Positions 10,890 through 21,220 are shown, numbered from the stretch's first letter. The stretch is 46,194 bases of DNA from Desulfonatronovibrionaceae bacterium (GCA_046539845.1 JBKHGE010000015.1:1-46194), one strand, 5' to 3'. Notes: generated from the sequence alone by a model not told the origin. Translations and numbers: made by a program.

Positions 10890-12278
10890 ATGGATGTCCA
10901 GACGAAAAAAAACGGACCGTTTGACGATGTGGCCGGGATCGTTTTGGCCGCAGGCAAAGGGACCAGGATGCACTGCCAGGGACCCAAGGTCTTGCAGACG
11001 CTTTTGGGCAAGCCCATGCTTTGGTATGTCTTAAACGCCCTTGCTCGAGTCTGCCGGAGCTGCTTTGCAGTAGTCGGCCACGGCAGCGAGCAGGTCGAGG
11101 CAGAGTTTTCGAAGTGGGAGGGTGGTTTTGTTTTCCAGAAAAAGCAGCAGGGTACCGGCCATGCAGTGTCCGTAGCCCTGCCGCGGATACAGGCCAGGGG
11201 TTTTTCATATTTTCTGGTTTTAAACGGGGATGCACCGCTGGTCACCGGGGAATTGCTGACCGAGTTTGTCCGCCGGGGTCTGGAATCTGGGGCGGGGGTC
11301 TCGGTTTTGACTATGGAACCGACTGATCCCGGTGCTTACGGGCGCATCGTACGCCTGCCGGACGGCAGTGTGGAGCGCATAGTTGAGGCCAGCGATATTG
11401 ACGACCCGGAACTCGCAGGGGTAAAAGAAGTAAACAGCGGTATCTACCTGTTTCGGACCGAAATTGCGGCCCAGCTGATGGACTTTCTGGATGCTGATAA
11501 TAGCCAGAATGAATATTATCTGACCCAGAGCGTGGAACTGGCCCGCAGATTCGGAGCAAAGGTCCAGGCGGTAAGTTTCGGGAACCGTCCGGAGCTTTTG
11601 GGTATAAATACGGTCTCTGAGCTCTGCAGCCAGGAGGACGCCCTGCGGGCCAAGATCGTTAGCGCCTTTCTGGACAAAGGGGTGATTATAAGGAACCCGC
11701 AGACTGTTACCCTGGGACCGGAGATACATCTGGAAGCAGGAGTGGAAATCTGCGGCCCGGCCAGAATCACCGGAAAGACTAGGATTTCAGGATACAGTCA
11801 AGTGGAGGGAAATACAGTCATAAGCGACTCCCGCATCCACGGGGCCCGGGTGAGGGCGTTTTCCCATCTAGAACTGGTTGAGGTAAGTGCCGGGGCGGAA
11901 ATCGGTCCCTACGCCAGGCTCAGACCCGGGACCTTTATCGGGGAGAACGCCCGGGTGGGGAATTTTGTGGAGGCGAAGAAGGCGGTTTTCGGCCCGGGCA
12001 GCAAGGTCAACCACCTGTCGTATATAGGTGATTGCGATCTCGGCCGGGATGTGAATGTCGGTGCGGGCACGATCACTTGCAACTACGACGGCCGGGATAA
12101 GCACCGGACCGTTGTCGGAGACGAGGCCTTTATAGGCAGCAATACCGCTTTGGTGGCACCGGTCAGCGTTGGTCCGGGGGCCTTGATCGGGGCGGGCTCG
12201 ACCATAACCAGGGATGTGCCCGGAGACGCCCTGGCCGTGGCCCGGGCCAAGCAAAAGAACCTGGAGCGTAAAAAGTAG
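10890..12278 (+). CDS. glmU: Bifunctional UDP-GlcNAc pyrophosphorylase / glucosamine-1-P acetyltransferase
   Basis: LAAGKGTRM, GTGHAV, YGRIVR, EVNSG, HLSYIGD, TCNYDG and hexapeptide repeats. Confidence 0.98.
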   Translation: MDVQTKKNGPFDDVAGIVLAAGKGTRMHCQGPKVLQTLLGKPMLWYVLNALARVCRSCFAVVGHGSEQVEAEFSKWEGGFVFQKKQQGTGHAVSVALPRIQARGFSYFLVLNGDAPLVTGELLTEFVRRGLESGAGVSVLTMEPTDPGAYGRIVRLPDGSVERIVEASDIDDPELAGVKEVNSGIYLFRTEIAAQLMDFLDADNSQNEYYLTQSVELARRFGAKVQAVSFGNRPELLGINTVSELCSQEDALRAKIVSAFLDKGVIIRNPQTVTLGPEIHLEAGVEICGPARITGKTRISGYSQVEGNTVISDSRIHGARVRAFSHLELVEVSAGAEIGPYARLRPGTFIGENARVGNFVEAKKAVFGPGSKVNHLSYIGDCDLGRDVNVGAGTITCNYDGRDKHRTVVGDEAFIGSNTALVAPVSVGPGALIGAGSTITRDVPGDALAVARAKQKNLERKK

Positions 12279-12315
12279 CTTGCGCTTGATATCAAAAACA
12301 GATAAAAAAATCAAA

Positions 12316-12495
12316 ATGGAAGAGTTAACCAGACTATCGGAAAAGATCGAGGGCCTACTGGCTCGGATGTCAAAACTGGAGGCTGAAAACCGGGATTTGC
12401 GACACGCCCTGGAGCATGAACAGGACAAGAACAAGGCCGTCCTGGACAAGGTCAATGAACTCTTGCAAAAAATGGAAGATATAAATATTGATTGA
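12316..12495 (+). CDS. zapB: Cell division protein ZapB-like coiled coil
   Basis: 59-aa coiled coil (LSEKIEGLL...LEAENRDLR) directly upstream of zapA, TGATG coupling. Confidence 0.75.
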   Translation: MEELTRLSEKIEGLLARMSKLEAENRDLRHALEHEQDKNKAVLDKVNELLQKMEDINID

Positions 12496-12761
12496 TGCCC
12501 AGCTATAACATAAGCGTGCTTGGCTTGGATGTTTATTTCAAGACCAATGCGGGCTCGGAAAGGATCGACAGGGCCAGCGGACTGATAGAGGACCGTTTCA
12601 GGAAACTGGACCAAAGGGGAAGGAATTTGAGTAAGGAAAAGCTGCTCGTTTTTCTGGCTTTGGGGCTTGCCGATGATTATTTGCAGACCAAGGAGAGTCT
12701 GGACCACGTTCAGGAAAGGCTCAACTCTCTTTTGGATAGACTGGAAGAGAGTGGTGAATAA
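12495..12761 (+). CDS. zapA: Cell division protein ZapA
   Basis: ISVLG..., LALGLADD and C-terminal coiled coil; followed by 6S RNA. Confidence 0.88.
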   Translation: MPSYNISVLGLDVYFKTNAGSERIDRASGLIEDRFRKLDQRGRNLSKEKLLVFLALGLADDYLQTKESLDHVQERLNSLLDRLEESGE

Positions 12762-12778
12762 TTTCAAGCAGTAGCTTT

Positions 12779-12957
12779 TTGACCTGGAGGGTTTGTGATT
12801 GTCAAGGTTTATATTGAGCCAACACCTCAATAAAGGGAGCCTGATGCAATGCCGGTGTGCAAGCCTCCTGCGGGAGAGGAAGCCTAAAGGTGTTGCTGTG
12901 GCGCCCACCTGGTAAATCCGGGTTCAAATAAACCGCAACACGGCCTTCCGGGGTTCA
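12779..12957 (+). ncRNA. ssrS: 6S RNA (ends approximate)
   Basis: About 180 nt directly after zapA; 5' (GACCTGGAGGG) and 3' (CCTTCCGGGGTTC) ends are complementary; contains the CCCACCT...GGGTTCAA segment typical of 6S RNAs. Confidence 0.85.
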
Positions 12958-13116
12958 TTTCCAAAGAAACGGACCCAAAGAGCATCCCCTTCCCAAAAAG
13001 TCCGCCGGGAACGGCGTCCTCCTGTCTGCCCATATTTCCTTTGCTATTTCTGTGGTTGACATCCATAAGTCCTCTGCCCGGTGGCAGGGGGTTAAGCATA
13101 GATCAAGGAGTGTACC

Positions 13117-14676
13117 ATGCTAAGCAGTATAATCATTACCGCTTTTATCTGTATCGGAGTAGGTGCAGCAGGCGGCTACCTTACCCAGCGCTATTTTTTG
13201 AACAGGGAATATAAGGAAAATAAGGAGCTGGCGGACAAGATACTGGAAGAGGCCAGGCGGGAGGCCGAGACCACCAAGAAGGACATGCTCCTTCAGGCCA
13301 AGGACGAGATCTACAGACAGAAAAGCGAAAGCGAGGCCGAGGCCAGGGACAGGGAAAGGGAGATTAAGAAACTGGAGCAGCGGCTGCAGGAAAAAGAAGA
13401 ACGCCTGGAAAAAAAGATGGAGTCGGTCAACCAGAAGGAAAGTGAGGTTACTTCCTGGGAAAACAGGCTGATCAAGCAGGAGCGCAAGCTTGAGGAAAAG
13501 AGAAACGAGCTGGACGAGCTGATTGAACAACAGTCCAAGCGCCTGGAGGAGATTTCCGGATTGACCGCGGAAGAGGCTAAAAAAAGGTTGATTTCGGACC
13601 TGGAAAAGGAGGCCAGGCACGAGGCGGCCAAGATGGTTAGGGTCATTGAGATGGAGGCCCAGGAAAAGGCGGCCAAAAAGGCCCGGGAGATCCTGGCCAC
13701 TGCGGTGCAGCGCTATGCCGGCGATTATGCTGCGGAAAATACAGTGTCCACAGTGGAGTTGCCCAGCGAAGACATGAAGGGCCGGATCATTGGTCGGGAA
13801 GGGCGCAATATCCGGGCCCTGGAGTCGGCCACCGGAGTGGACCTGATAATCGACGACACCCCGGAGACAGTGGTCCTTTCTGCATACAGCCCGCTTAGGC
13901 GCCAGATAGCCAAGTTGGCCTTGGAGAGGCTGATCAGCGACGGCCGCATCCATCCGGCCCGGATCGAGGATATCGTGGCCAAAGTAGGCAAGGAGATGGA
14001 GGTCAAGCTGCGCGAGATCGGGGAACAGGCTACCTTTGACGTGGGTGTGCACGGGATCCATGCCGAGCTGATAAAGCTCCTGGGCCAGTTGCATTATCGG
14101 ACCAGTTTTTCCCAGAATGTCCTACAGCATTCCCTGGAAGTGGCTTTTTTGTGCGGGATCATGGCCGCGGAGCTCGGAGTGGATACCAAAAAGGCCAAAC
14201 GGGCCGGGCTGCTGCACGATATAGGCAAAGCAGTGGATCACGAAGTGGAAGGCCCGCACGCGACCATTGGAGCGGATTTGGCCAAAAAGTACGGAGAGTC
14301 CAAGGACATCGTGCACGCCATTGCCGCACACCATGAGGATGTCCAGCCCAATTCTGTTCTGGCCGTGCTTGTCCAGGCCGCGGACAGTCTGTCCGGGGCC
14401 CGGCCCGGTGCCAGAAAGGAGCTTTTGCAGAACTACGTGAAGCGCCTTGAGGACCTGGAGAATATAGCCAAGCAGTTCGAGGGGGTGAAAAGGGCCTTTG
14501 CCATTCAGGCCGGACGGGAGTTACGAGTCATGGCTGATTGTGACCGGGTAAACGACGATACCACCTATATGCTGTGCAAGGATATTTCCAAGAGTATTGA
14601 AGAAAATCTCACCTATCCCGGCCAGATAAAGGTTACTGTTATCCGCGAGAAACGGTCAGTAGAGTACGCAAAATAG
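13117..14676 (+). CDS. rny: Ribonuclease Y
   Basis: N-terminal TM, coiled coil, KH domain ([13 protein letters not shown]), HD domain (GLLHDIGK). Confidence 0.98.
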   Translation: MLSSIIITAFICIGVGAAGGYLTQRYFLNREYKENKELADKILEEARREAETTKKDMLLQAKDEIYRQKSESEAEARDREREIKKLEQRLQEKEERLEKKMESVNQKESEVTSWENRLIKQERKLEEKRNELDELIEQQSKRLEEISGLTAEEAKKRLISDLEKEARHEAAKMVRVIEMEAQEKAAKKAREILATAVQRYAGDYAAENTVSTVELPSEDMKGRIIGREGRNIRALESATGVDLIIDDTPETVVLSAYSPLRRQIAKLALERLISDGRIHPARIEDIVAKVGKEMEVKLREIGEQATFDVGVHGIHAELIKLLGQLHYRTSFSQNVLQHSLEVAFLCGIMAAELGVDTKKAKRAGLLHDIGKAVDHEVEGPHATIGADLAKKYGESKDIVHAIAAHHEDVQPNSVLAVLVQAADSLSGARPGARKELLQNYVKRLEDLENIAKQFEGVKRAFAIQAGRELRVMADCDRVNDDTTYMLCKDISKSIEENLTYPGQIKVTVIREKRSVEYAK

Positions 14677-14752
14677 ACCGCTCCCTCCCGGGCTCCTTGG
14701 TCGCAGAACTTTAGCGGCTAAAGAACCCGGGACAGCTCTTTTGGATGCGTGA

Positions 14753-15556
14753 ATGAAAACCCGTCTCTTGTTTCTCGGGGATATAGTCGGCAAGGCGGGC
14801 CGCAGGGCGGTATTGAACAGGATGGCCGGGCTGCGTCTCGAACTCGGTGCCCATTTTGTCCTGGCCAACGCGGAGAATACTTCCGGAGGACTCGGCCTGA
14901 CCCCGAAAAATGCCTGCGAGCTCCTGAACGCGGGCATTGATCTGCTCACTTCCGGGAACCATATCTGGAAGCATCGGGAAATCGAGCCTTTTTTAGACAA
15001 GAACAAAAACCGGGTTTTGAGGCCGGCCAATTACCCCGGCACACCCCCCGGGACCGGACTGGCCCGCATAAACGATCCCGGCGGACAAGATCTGTATGTC
15101 CTGAACCTGATGGGTCGGACCTATATGGAGCCGGTGGACTGCCCATTCCGGGAAGCGGACCGGGCGCTTGAGTCTGTTCCGGAATCGAGTCCGGTTGTGG
15201 TTGATTTTCACGCCGAGGCCACATCCGAGAAAATGGCTATGGCCCACTACCTTTTGGGACGGGTGACCGCGGTCATTGGCACCCATACCCATGTGCTTAC
15301 CAATGACGCCCGGGTGCTGGGTAAAAAGACAGGCTGTCTGACCGACGCCGGGATGTGCGGGGCCCTGGATTCGGTGTTGGGAGTAAATCCACGCGAAGTG
15401 CTGCACAGATTTTTGACCGCCAGACCGGCCCGGTTCAAGCCCGCCTCCGGACCGGCGCAGCTAAACGGGGCAGTGGTTGACTTTGATGCCCGAAACGGGC
15501 TTTGTCTCAGCATTTCAGCCTGGAAAGAAAACGAGCTGGAGGATGAGGATGATTGA
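14753..15556 (+). CDS. YmdB-like (TIGR00282) metallophosphoesterase
   Basis: [27 protein letters not shown] and GTHTHV motifs; follows rny. Confidence 0.93.
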   Translation: MKTRLLFLGDIVGKAGRRAVLNRMAGLRLELGAHFVLANAENTSGGLGLTPKNACELLNAGIDLLTSGNHIWKHREIEPFLDKNKNRVLRPANYPGTPPGTGLARINDPGGQDLYVLNLMGRTYMEPVDCPFREADRALESVPESSPVVVDFHAEATSEKMAMAHYLLGRVTAVIGTHTHVLTNDARVLGKKTGCLTDAGMCGALDSVLGVNPREVLHRFLTARPARFKPASGPAQLNGAVVDFDARNGLCLSISAWKENELEDEDD

Positions 15557-16757
15557 CGCGGACAAGCAGATGGAGCTCATAAAGCGCGGCGCCGAAGAGA
15601 TAATCGACGAGCAGGAATTAAAGGAAAAGATACGCCGCAAGGGCAAACTAAGAATAAAGGCCGGATTCGATCCTACCGCTCCGGATCTTCATCTGGGGCA
15701 CACCGTGCTCATTCAGAAGCTTAAACACTTCCAGGAAATGGGGCACGAGGTCATTTTTCTGATCGGCGATTTTACTGGTATGATCGGCGACCCGTCCGGA
15801 AAATCAGAGACCAGAAAGAAATTGACCCGGGAAGAGGTCCTGGCCAATGCTGAGACCTACAAGGAACAGATCTTTCAGATTTTAGACCCGAAACTTACAG
15901 TGATCGACTTTAATTCCAGGTGGATGAATGAATTCGGGGCCGCGGACTTTGTCCAGCTTTGCTCCAGATACACTGTGGCCAGGATGCTGGAGAGGGACGA
16001 TTTTGAAAAGCGGATGCGGGAAAACAGGCCCATCGCAATACATGAATTTTTGTATCCCCTGATTCAGGGCTATGATTCGGTAGCCCTGCAGGCGGATGTG
16101 GAGCTGGGCGGCACTGACCAGAAGTTCAATCTGCTCATGGGCCGGACCCTGCAGAGGGAATACGGCCAGGAATCACAGGTGATTTTGACCATGCCCATCC
16201 TGGAGGGTCTGGACGGGGTCCAGAAGATGAGCAAATCTTTGAATAATTATGTAGGCATTCGCGAACACCCCAGAGACATTTACGGCAAGCTTATGTCTGT
16301 CTCGGACGAGCTTATGTGGCGTTACTACGAACTCCTCTCGGACAAGCCGCTTTCTGAGGTGCAAGAGATGCGCAGCCGGGTGGAGGTCGGGGACCTGCAT
16401 CCCAAGGGGTGCAAGGAGGAGCTGGCCCGGGAGATGGTGGCCCGTTTTCATTCCCCGGAGATAGCGGAAAGGGAGAAGGCCGCGTTCACAGAGGTGTTCT
16501 CCAGACAACAGGTCCCGGAGGAGATGCCGGAATGCCGGGTGAAAGCCGGGGGCAACGAGAGTCGTCTCCTGGAGATTCTGCAGGCGAGCGGGCTGTTTTC
16601 CTCAAACAGTGAGATAAAGAGGCTGTGCAAGCAAAATGCAGTGGGCATATATCAGGGCGAGAAGCTGACCGACCCCTATCAGATCCTGGAGCCGGGAGAA
16701 TACGTGCTCAAGCTGGGCAAGAAGAATTTTCTGCGGGCAGTGGTGGAGCGGCAGTAA
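15549..16757 (+). CDS. tyrS: Tyrosine--tRNA ligase
   Basis: [31 protein letters not shown] and C-terminal S4-like domain; start placed at ATG 15549. Confidence 0.97.
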   Translation: MIDADKQMELIKRGAEEIIDEQELKEKIRRKGKLRIKAGFDPTAPDLHLGHTVLIQKLKHFQEMGHEVIFLIGDFTGMIGDPSGKSETRKKLTREEVLANAETYKEQIFQILDPKLTVIDFNSRWMNEFGAADFVQLCSRYTVARMLERDDFEKRMRENRPIAIHEFLYPLIQGYDSVALQADVELGGTDQKFNLLMGRTLQREYGQESQVILTMPILEGLDGVQKMSKSLNNYVGIREHPRDIYGKLMSVSDELMWRYYELLSDKPLSEVQEMRSRVEVGDLHPKGCKEELAREMVARFHSPEIAEREKAAFTEVFSRQQVPEEMPECRVKAGGNESRLLEILQASGLFSSNSEIKRLCKQNAVGIYQGEKLTDPYQILEPGEYVLKLGKKNFLRAVVERQ

Positions 16758-17632
16758 TGGATTTTTCCGGCGCTATCTCTTGGCCGGGCAGACTGGGTTT
16801 GGTGGCCCGGATGATCAAGATCGAGCATTCGGTATTTGCCCTGCCCTTTGCCTACATTGGCTGTTTCTGGGCAGCCGGGGGGTGGCCGGGGTGGCGGATA
16901 TTTCTCGCCCTGACCCTGGCCATGGTCGCGGTCCGATCCGTGGCCATGACCGTGAACAGGGTGGCTGATCTCAAGTTTGACCGCCAGAATCCGCGTACGC
17001 AGTACAGACCATTGGTGACCGGGGAGATCGCTCTTCGCGATGCCTGGGTGTTCATCCTGATCAGTGCGGCAGTATTTGTTTTGGCCTGTGCCTTTTTAAA
17101 CACCACCTGCCTTGTCCTGTCCGGACCTGCGCTGATCTGGGCCGCAGTCTACAGCCTGACCAAGAGGTTCACTTGGCTCTGCCATTTTATTTTGGGTTCT
17201 GTTCTCGGTTTGGCCCCGATCGGGGGGTGGATCGCCTTTGATCCGGTGTGGCATCCGGCCTATATCTGTCTCTTTCTGGGGGTGCTCTTCTGGGTGGCCG
17301 GGTTCGATATCCTGTATGCCTCCCAGGACAGGGAGTTCGATAAAGAGCACGGTCTGCACTCCCTTCCGGCGGATTTCGATTTGACCTCTTCCTTTGCCCT
17401 TTCCGGGTTCAGCCATGTCAACGCCGCTCTTTTTCTGGGCCTGGCCGGAATCCTGGCCGAGGCCGGAGGGTGGTATTTTGCGGCCTGGGCGATCATTTCC
17501 CTTGTGCTGCTGATCGAGCATTTGATTATATCCCCTGAGGATCTTTCCCGGATAAACGTGGCTTTCTTTGCCCTGAACGGGGTTGTTTCTTTGGTCCTTT
17601 TCGCCGGAGTACTGGCGGATATTGTTTTCTGA
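16757..17632 (+). CDS. UbiA-family prenyltransferase (MqnP-like, menaquinone biosynthesis)
   Basis: IKIEHSVFALPFA, NRVADLKFDRQNPRT, YSLTKRF, GFDILYASQD; TAATG coupling with tyrS. Confidence 0.88.
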   Translation: MDFSGAISWPGRLGLVARMIKIEHSVFALPFAYIGCFWAAGGWPGWRIFLALTLAMVAVRSVAMTVNRVADLKFDRQNPRTQYRPLVTGEIALRDAWVFILISAAVFVLACAFLNTTCLVLSGPALIWAAVYSLTKRFTWLCHFILGSVLGLAPIGGWIAFDPVWHPAYICLFLGVLFWVAGFDILYASQDREFDKEHGLHSLPADFDLTSSFALSGFSHVNAALFLGLAGILAEAGGWYFAAWAIISLVLLIEHLIISPEDLSRINVAFFALNGVVSLVLFAGVLADIVF

Positions 17633-17650
17633 CTAGCCAAGGAGTCCGTG

Positions 17651-19090
17651 ATGTCTGATTTCCCGAAATACCGCGGAGAGCTGGAGTATAAATGCTTGGG
17701 TTGCGCCCGGACATTTCCCGTGGATGAACTCCATTATACCTGTCCGCATTGCGGTGGGGTGTTTTTGCTCCGGGACAAGAATTTTCACCACCTGCAAGAG
17801 ACAAGCGGGGCGAAATGGCGGGAGATATTCGACTCCAGGGCGGCGAGCAAGGACAGCCAGCTCAGGGGCATATTCCGTTTTTACGAGCTCATCGCCCCGG
17901 TTTTGGAAAGTGAAGACGTGGTCTATCTTGGGGAAGCGAATACCCCGATTATTCCGGCTTCTCCCGGTCTGCGGGAGAAAGTGGGCCGAAATTTTGCCTA
18001 TAAGAACGACGGACAGAACCCGAGCGCGTCTTTCAAGGATCGGGGCATGGCCTGCGCCTTCAGCTTCCTCGGCAAGCTGGTCCGGGAGAAGGGCTGGGAA
18101 AAGATTTTGACTGTCTGCGCCTCCACCGGGGATACTTCTGCTTCCGCCGCCCTGTACGGCTCCTATTGCGGTGAGGCGGTCAAGACCGTGGTCCTTTTGC
18201 CTCAGGGCAAGGTCACTCCGCAACAGTTGGCCCAGCCTCTGGGCAGCGGGGCCCTGGTCTTGGAGGTCGGTGGGGTGTTTGACGATTGCATGAAGGTGGT
18301 TGAATATTTGGCCGACAACTACCGGGTAGCCCTTTTGAATTCCAAGAATGCCTGGAGGATCCTCGGGCAGGAGAGCTACGCCTATGAGATAGCCCAGTGG
18401 TACGATTGGGAAGTGGGCTCCAAGGCGGTTTTTGTCCCCATAGGCAATGCCGGGAATATAACCGCGATTATGCGCGGGTTTTTAAAGCTCCATTCCTTGG
18501 GTATCATTCGGGAGCTGCCCCGGATATTCGGGGTGCAGACCGCGCACGCCGATCCGGTGTACAGGTATTACCGGCAAAACAAAGGCAGCCGGGAATACCA
18601 GCCGGTGACTGTCCGCCCCAGCGTGGCCCAGGCGGCCATGATCGGCAACCCGGTGTCTTTCCCCCGGGTGCGGGCCCTGGTGGAGGAATACGAGGGGATA
18701 GCCAAAGAGGGGGCCTTCACTGTTCTACAGGTTTCGGAACAGGAAATAATTGAGGGCATGCTTCTGGCCAACAGGCATGGCCATATAGCCTGCACCCAGG
18801 GCGGGGAGTGTCTGGCCGGGCTGATCAAGGCTGCGGAGGCGGAGCTTATCCGCCCGGAAGAGGAGGCGATCTTGGACTCCACGGCGCATATGCTCAAGTT
18901 CATAGGCTTCCAGGAGATGTATTTCAACGATGATTTCCCGGAAGGATATGCAATCCAACCCCAAAAGGACATGGTTAACCGGCCTAAAACCCTGATCTCC
19001 GAAGCGGAGAAAAAAGGGCTTTCAGATAGTGAATATACTCGGCTGGCCGGAGACAGGGTGGTGGACATGCTCGGCCTCGACTCCCTTTGA
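17651..19090 (+). CDS. thrC: Threonine synthase
   Basis: NPSASFKDRG (PLP lysine), CASTGDTSAS, PIGNAGN; N-terminal CxxC...CxxC. Confidence 0.93.
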   Translation: MSDFPKYRGELEYKCLGCARTFPVDELHYTCPHCGGVFLLRDKNFHHLQETSGAKWREIFDSRAASKDSQLRGIFRFYELIAPVLESEDVVYLGEANTPIIPASPGLREKVGRNFAYKNDGQNPSASFKDRGMACAFSFLGKLVREKGWEKILTVCASTGDTSASAALYGSYCGEAVKTVVLLPQGKVTPQQLAQPLGSGALVLEVGGVFDDCMKVVEYLADNYRVALLNSKNAWRILGQESYAYEIAQWYDWEVGSKAVFVPIGNAGNITAIMRGFLKLHSLGIIRELPRIFGVQTAHADPVYRYYRQNKGSREYQPVTVRPSVAQAAMIGNPVSFPRVRALVEEYEGIAKEGAFTVLQVSEQEIIEGMLLANRHGHIACTQGGECLAGLIKAAEAELIRPEEEAILDSTAHMLKFIGFQEMYFNDDFPEGYAIQPQKDMVNRPKTLISEAEKKGLSDSEYTRLAGDRVVDMLGLDSL

Positions 19091-19126
19091 AGCGGGGTAG
19101 TTCCCAGAGTATTTTTGTTTTGCTTT

Positions 19127-19155
19127 TTGTCCCCCCCCTTTTTTGACTCCATAAT
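19127..19155 (+). promoter_or_regulatory. Putative sigma70 promoter
   Basis: TTGTCC-17 bp-CATAAT, with a C8T6 tract running from the -35 element through the spacer. Confidence 0.45.
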
Positions 19156-19415
19156 GACCCCGCTAAATTGCTGACTGCCTGGTGCACATGCAAGGTCCCT
19201 CCAGCAAAACCGTCCGGCTTTGGCAGCGGTTCCCCTTCCCTGCTGTTTTATATTCCTGTTGCATTAAATTGTATTAAAAAGTAGCAGTTGGTTAATGTAA
19301 AACGTTTCATATTGTCTTTTTTGTCCGCTCCTTTTTATAAAAGTTTGTAATTACAGATAGTTAAGTCAAGGACCATATCTTGCTAAGCTGAGGGTATAAA
19401 CATGGGGGCAGGCGC

Positions 19416-20852
19416 ATGGAAAGGCACAGAGATACGGCATACAAGCCGCAGCCCGATACGGACGAGGGCATGGTTTGCAGTCTGGTTCGTCTCTTTGATC
19501 GGCCGGTGGAGTTCAAAAAGGTCCTGGACGAGCTGCCTCTGGGTATTGTGTTCATCAGTCTGCAGCGGCGCGTTTTACAGATGAACAGCCACCTGGAGTG
19601 TATGACCGGCTTTTCTGCGGACTCGGTGACCGGGCTGCCCTGCTGGGATGTGCTGCGTTGCAATCAGTGTGTGAATTCCTGTCTGATCAGGGAGGCCGGG
19701 AGATCGAAGCTCCCCGTGACCAGGCATTGCGATCTTGTCAACAGGGAGAGGAGGAGGCTGGGGGTAAAGATCACCGCTGTCCCTGTGCATGATAAGGATG
19801 GGCGTTTGAGCGGGTTTATGGAAGTCGTGCACGAAGACGAACAGGCCGAGAGTGGTCGCGATTCTCTAGAGCCGCAGCTACAGCTGGGGAGTTTTGTCGG
19901 CCGCAGCGAGCAGCTTAAAAAATTGTTCCGGGTTGTCCCGGCAGTGGCCCAGACCGACTCTTCGGTGCTCATAACCGGGGAGACGGGCACCGGCAAGGAC
20001 CTTCTGGCCGAGATTATCCACCGTAACTCGGAGCGCTTTGACGGCCCATTTATAAAAATAAACTGCGGTTCCCTGCCGGAAAACCTCCTGGAATCCGAGC
20101 TCTTCGGGCATAGCAAAGGGGCTTTCACCGGGGCGGCCAGCGACAAGATGGGCCGTTTGCGCCTGGCCCACAACGGTTCGGTCTTTTTGACCGAAATAGG
20201 GGACTTGAGCCTTACCCTGCAGATAAAGCTTTTGACCTTTCTGGACGACAAAGTGGTCCATCCGCTGGGCAGCACCAAGGGATACCAGACCGATGTCCGG
20301 GTCATTGCCGCCACCCACCGCAATCTGGAGCATATGGTCCGGGAGGGTAATTTTCGCCAGGATCTTTTGTATCGACTGAATGTGGTCCGTCTGCACCTGC
20401 CCCCGCTTCGGGAGCGCGAAGGCGATGTCCCTCTTTTGCTGGATCATTTTTTGAAATATTTCGGGGCCAGATTCAGTAAGTCCAGGATCAGTTTCAGGGA
20501 CCGGGCCCGCAACTTCCTGCTCCACTATGCATATCCCGGAAATATCCGGGAGATTAGAAATATTGTTGAATATGCGGTAAATATCTGCGGAGGGGAGAAA
20601 ATAGATCTGGAGGATCTGCCCGCGTATCTCTTTGATCAGGATTTTCCCGCTGTAAACGGACAGGAGGAGCAGAGTGCACTTGAAGGCGGCAGAGTGGAAT
20701 TGGAGTCCGGGGAAAGCTGGCCAGCTATCGAGCGGAAGATGATATTGGAGGCCATGCTCGCCTGCCGGGGCAAGAAGGCAGAGGCGGCAGAGTGGCTGGG
20801 TTGGAGTCGCAGCAAGCTGTGGCGCAAAATCAAAGAGCACGGGGTGGAGTGA
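19416..20852 (+). CDS. PAS-domain sigma54-dependent transcriptional activator (bEBP, Fis-type HTH)
   Basis: PAS domain, Walker A GETGTGKD, GAFTGA, RQDLLYRL, YPGNIRE and C-terminal HTH; Walker B reads FLTE. Confidence 0.95.
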   Translation: MERHRDTAYKPQPDTDEGMVCSLVRLFDRPVEFKKVLDELPLGIVFISLQRRVLQMNSHLECMTGFSADSVTGLPCWDVLRCNQCVNSCLIREAGRSKLPVTRHCDLVNRERRRLGVKITAVPVHDKDGRLSGFMEVVHEDEQAESGRDSLEPQLQLGSFVGRSEQLKKLFRVVPAVAQTDSSVLITGETGTGKDLLAEIIHRNSERFDGPFIKINCGSLPENLLESELFGHSKGAFTGAASDKMGRLRLAHNGSVFLTEIGDLSLTLQIKLLTFLDDKVVHPLGSTKGYQTDVRVIAATHRNLEHMVREGNFRQDLLYRLNVVRLHLPPLREREGDVPLLLDHFLKYFGARFSKSRISFRDRARNFLLHYAYPGNIREIRNIVEYAVNICGGEKIDLEDLPAYLFDQDFPAVNGQEEQSALEGGRVELESGESWPAIERKMILEAMLACRGKKAEAAEWLGWSRSKLWRKIKEHGVE

Positions 20853-21220
20853 TGGATTCACAGCGGGCCGGGGATGCGGCCTATAAAGCAGTGATTACCA
20901 TGTGGGACCAATACGTGTCTCCTCGGTATGATTTCGCCCCGGAGCTTTTGGTGGCTAAAATCCAGGACCGCCGGATCATAAAGACCCGGACGGTTATTCC
21001 CGGGTGCGCCTCCGCAGACGAGAACTGCCGCCTTATACTCGCGGAAGGAGTGCAGGTGGTGGTCACCGGAGCCATCCGGCGCCGTTATTTTGAATACCTG
21101 ATCTGGAAGAAGATCCGGGTCCTGGATACGGTACGGGGACCCTGGGAGAGGGCCCTGGAGCTTTTAAGGCTGGGGGAGTTGGGGCCCGAAGCAGTGCTGT
21201 ACGACGAAAGGGGGCTTTAG
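20852..21220 (+). CDS. NifB/NifX (FeMo-cofactor-binding domain) family protein
   Basis: VSPRYDFA...GVQVVVTGAI...KIRV pattern typical of the NifX-like fold; TGATG coupling to the activator. Confidence 0.7.
   Translation: MDSQRAGDAAYKAVITMWDQYVSPRYDFAPELLVAKIQDRRIIKTRTVIPGCASADENCRLILAEGVQVVVTGAIRRRYFEYLIWKKIRVLDTVRGPWERALELLRLGELGPEAVLYDERGL

Noticed and set aside
11868..12908. 346-aa minus-strand ORF spanning glmU end, zapB, zapA and 6S
   Set aside because: Overlaps four better-supported features; composition is not protein-like.
13056..13090. TTGACA upstream of rny as a promoter
   Set aside because: No acceptable -10 hexamer at 16-18 bp spacing.
19200..19236. GCAAAACC...CCGGC...GGCAGCGG resembling part of a c-di-GMP-I riboswitch
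   Set aside because: No convincing upstream GNRA hairpin or closing stem; resemblance is too partial without a covariance-model scan.
20852..21220. Nitrogen fixation locus implied by the NifX-like gene and NifA-like activator
   Set aside because: No nifHDK/ENB genes in the window; stand-alone NifX-like domains are widespread in non-diazotrophic anaerobes.
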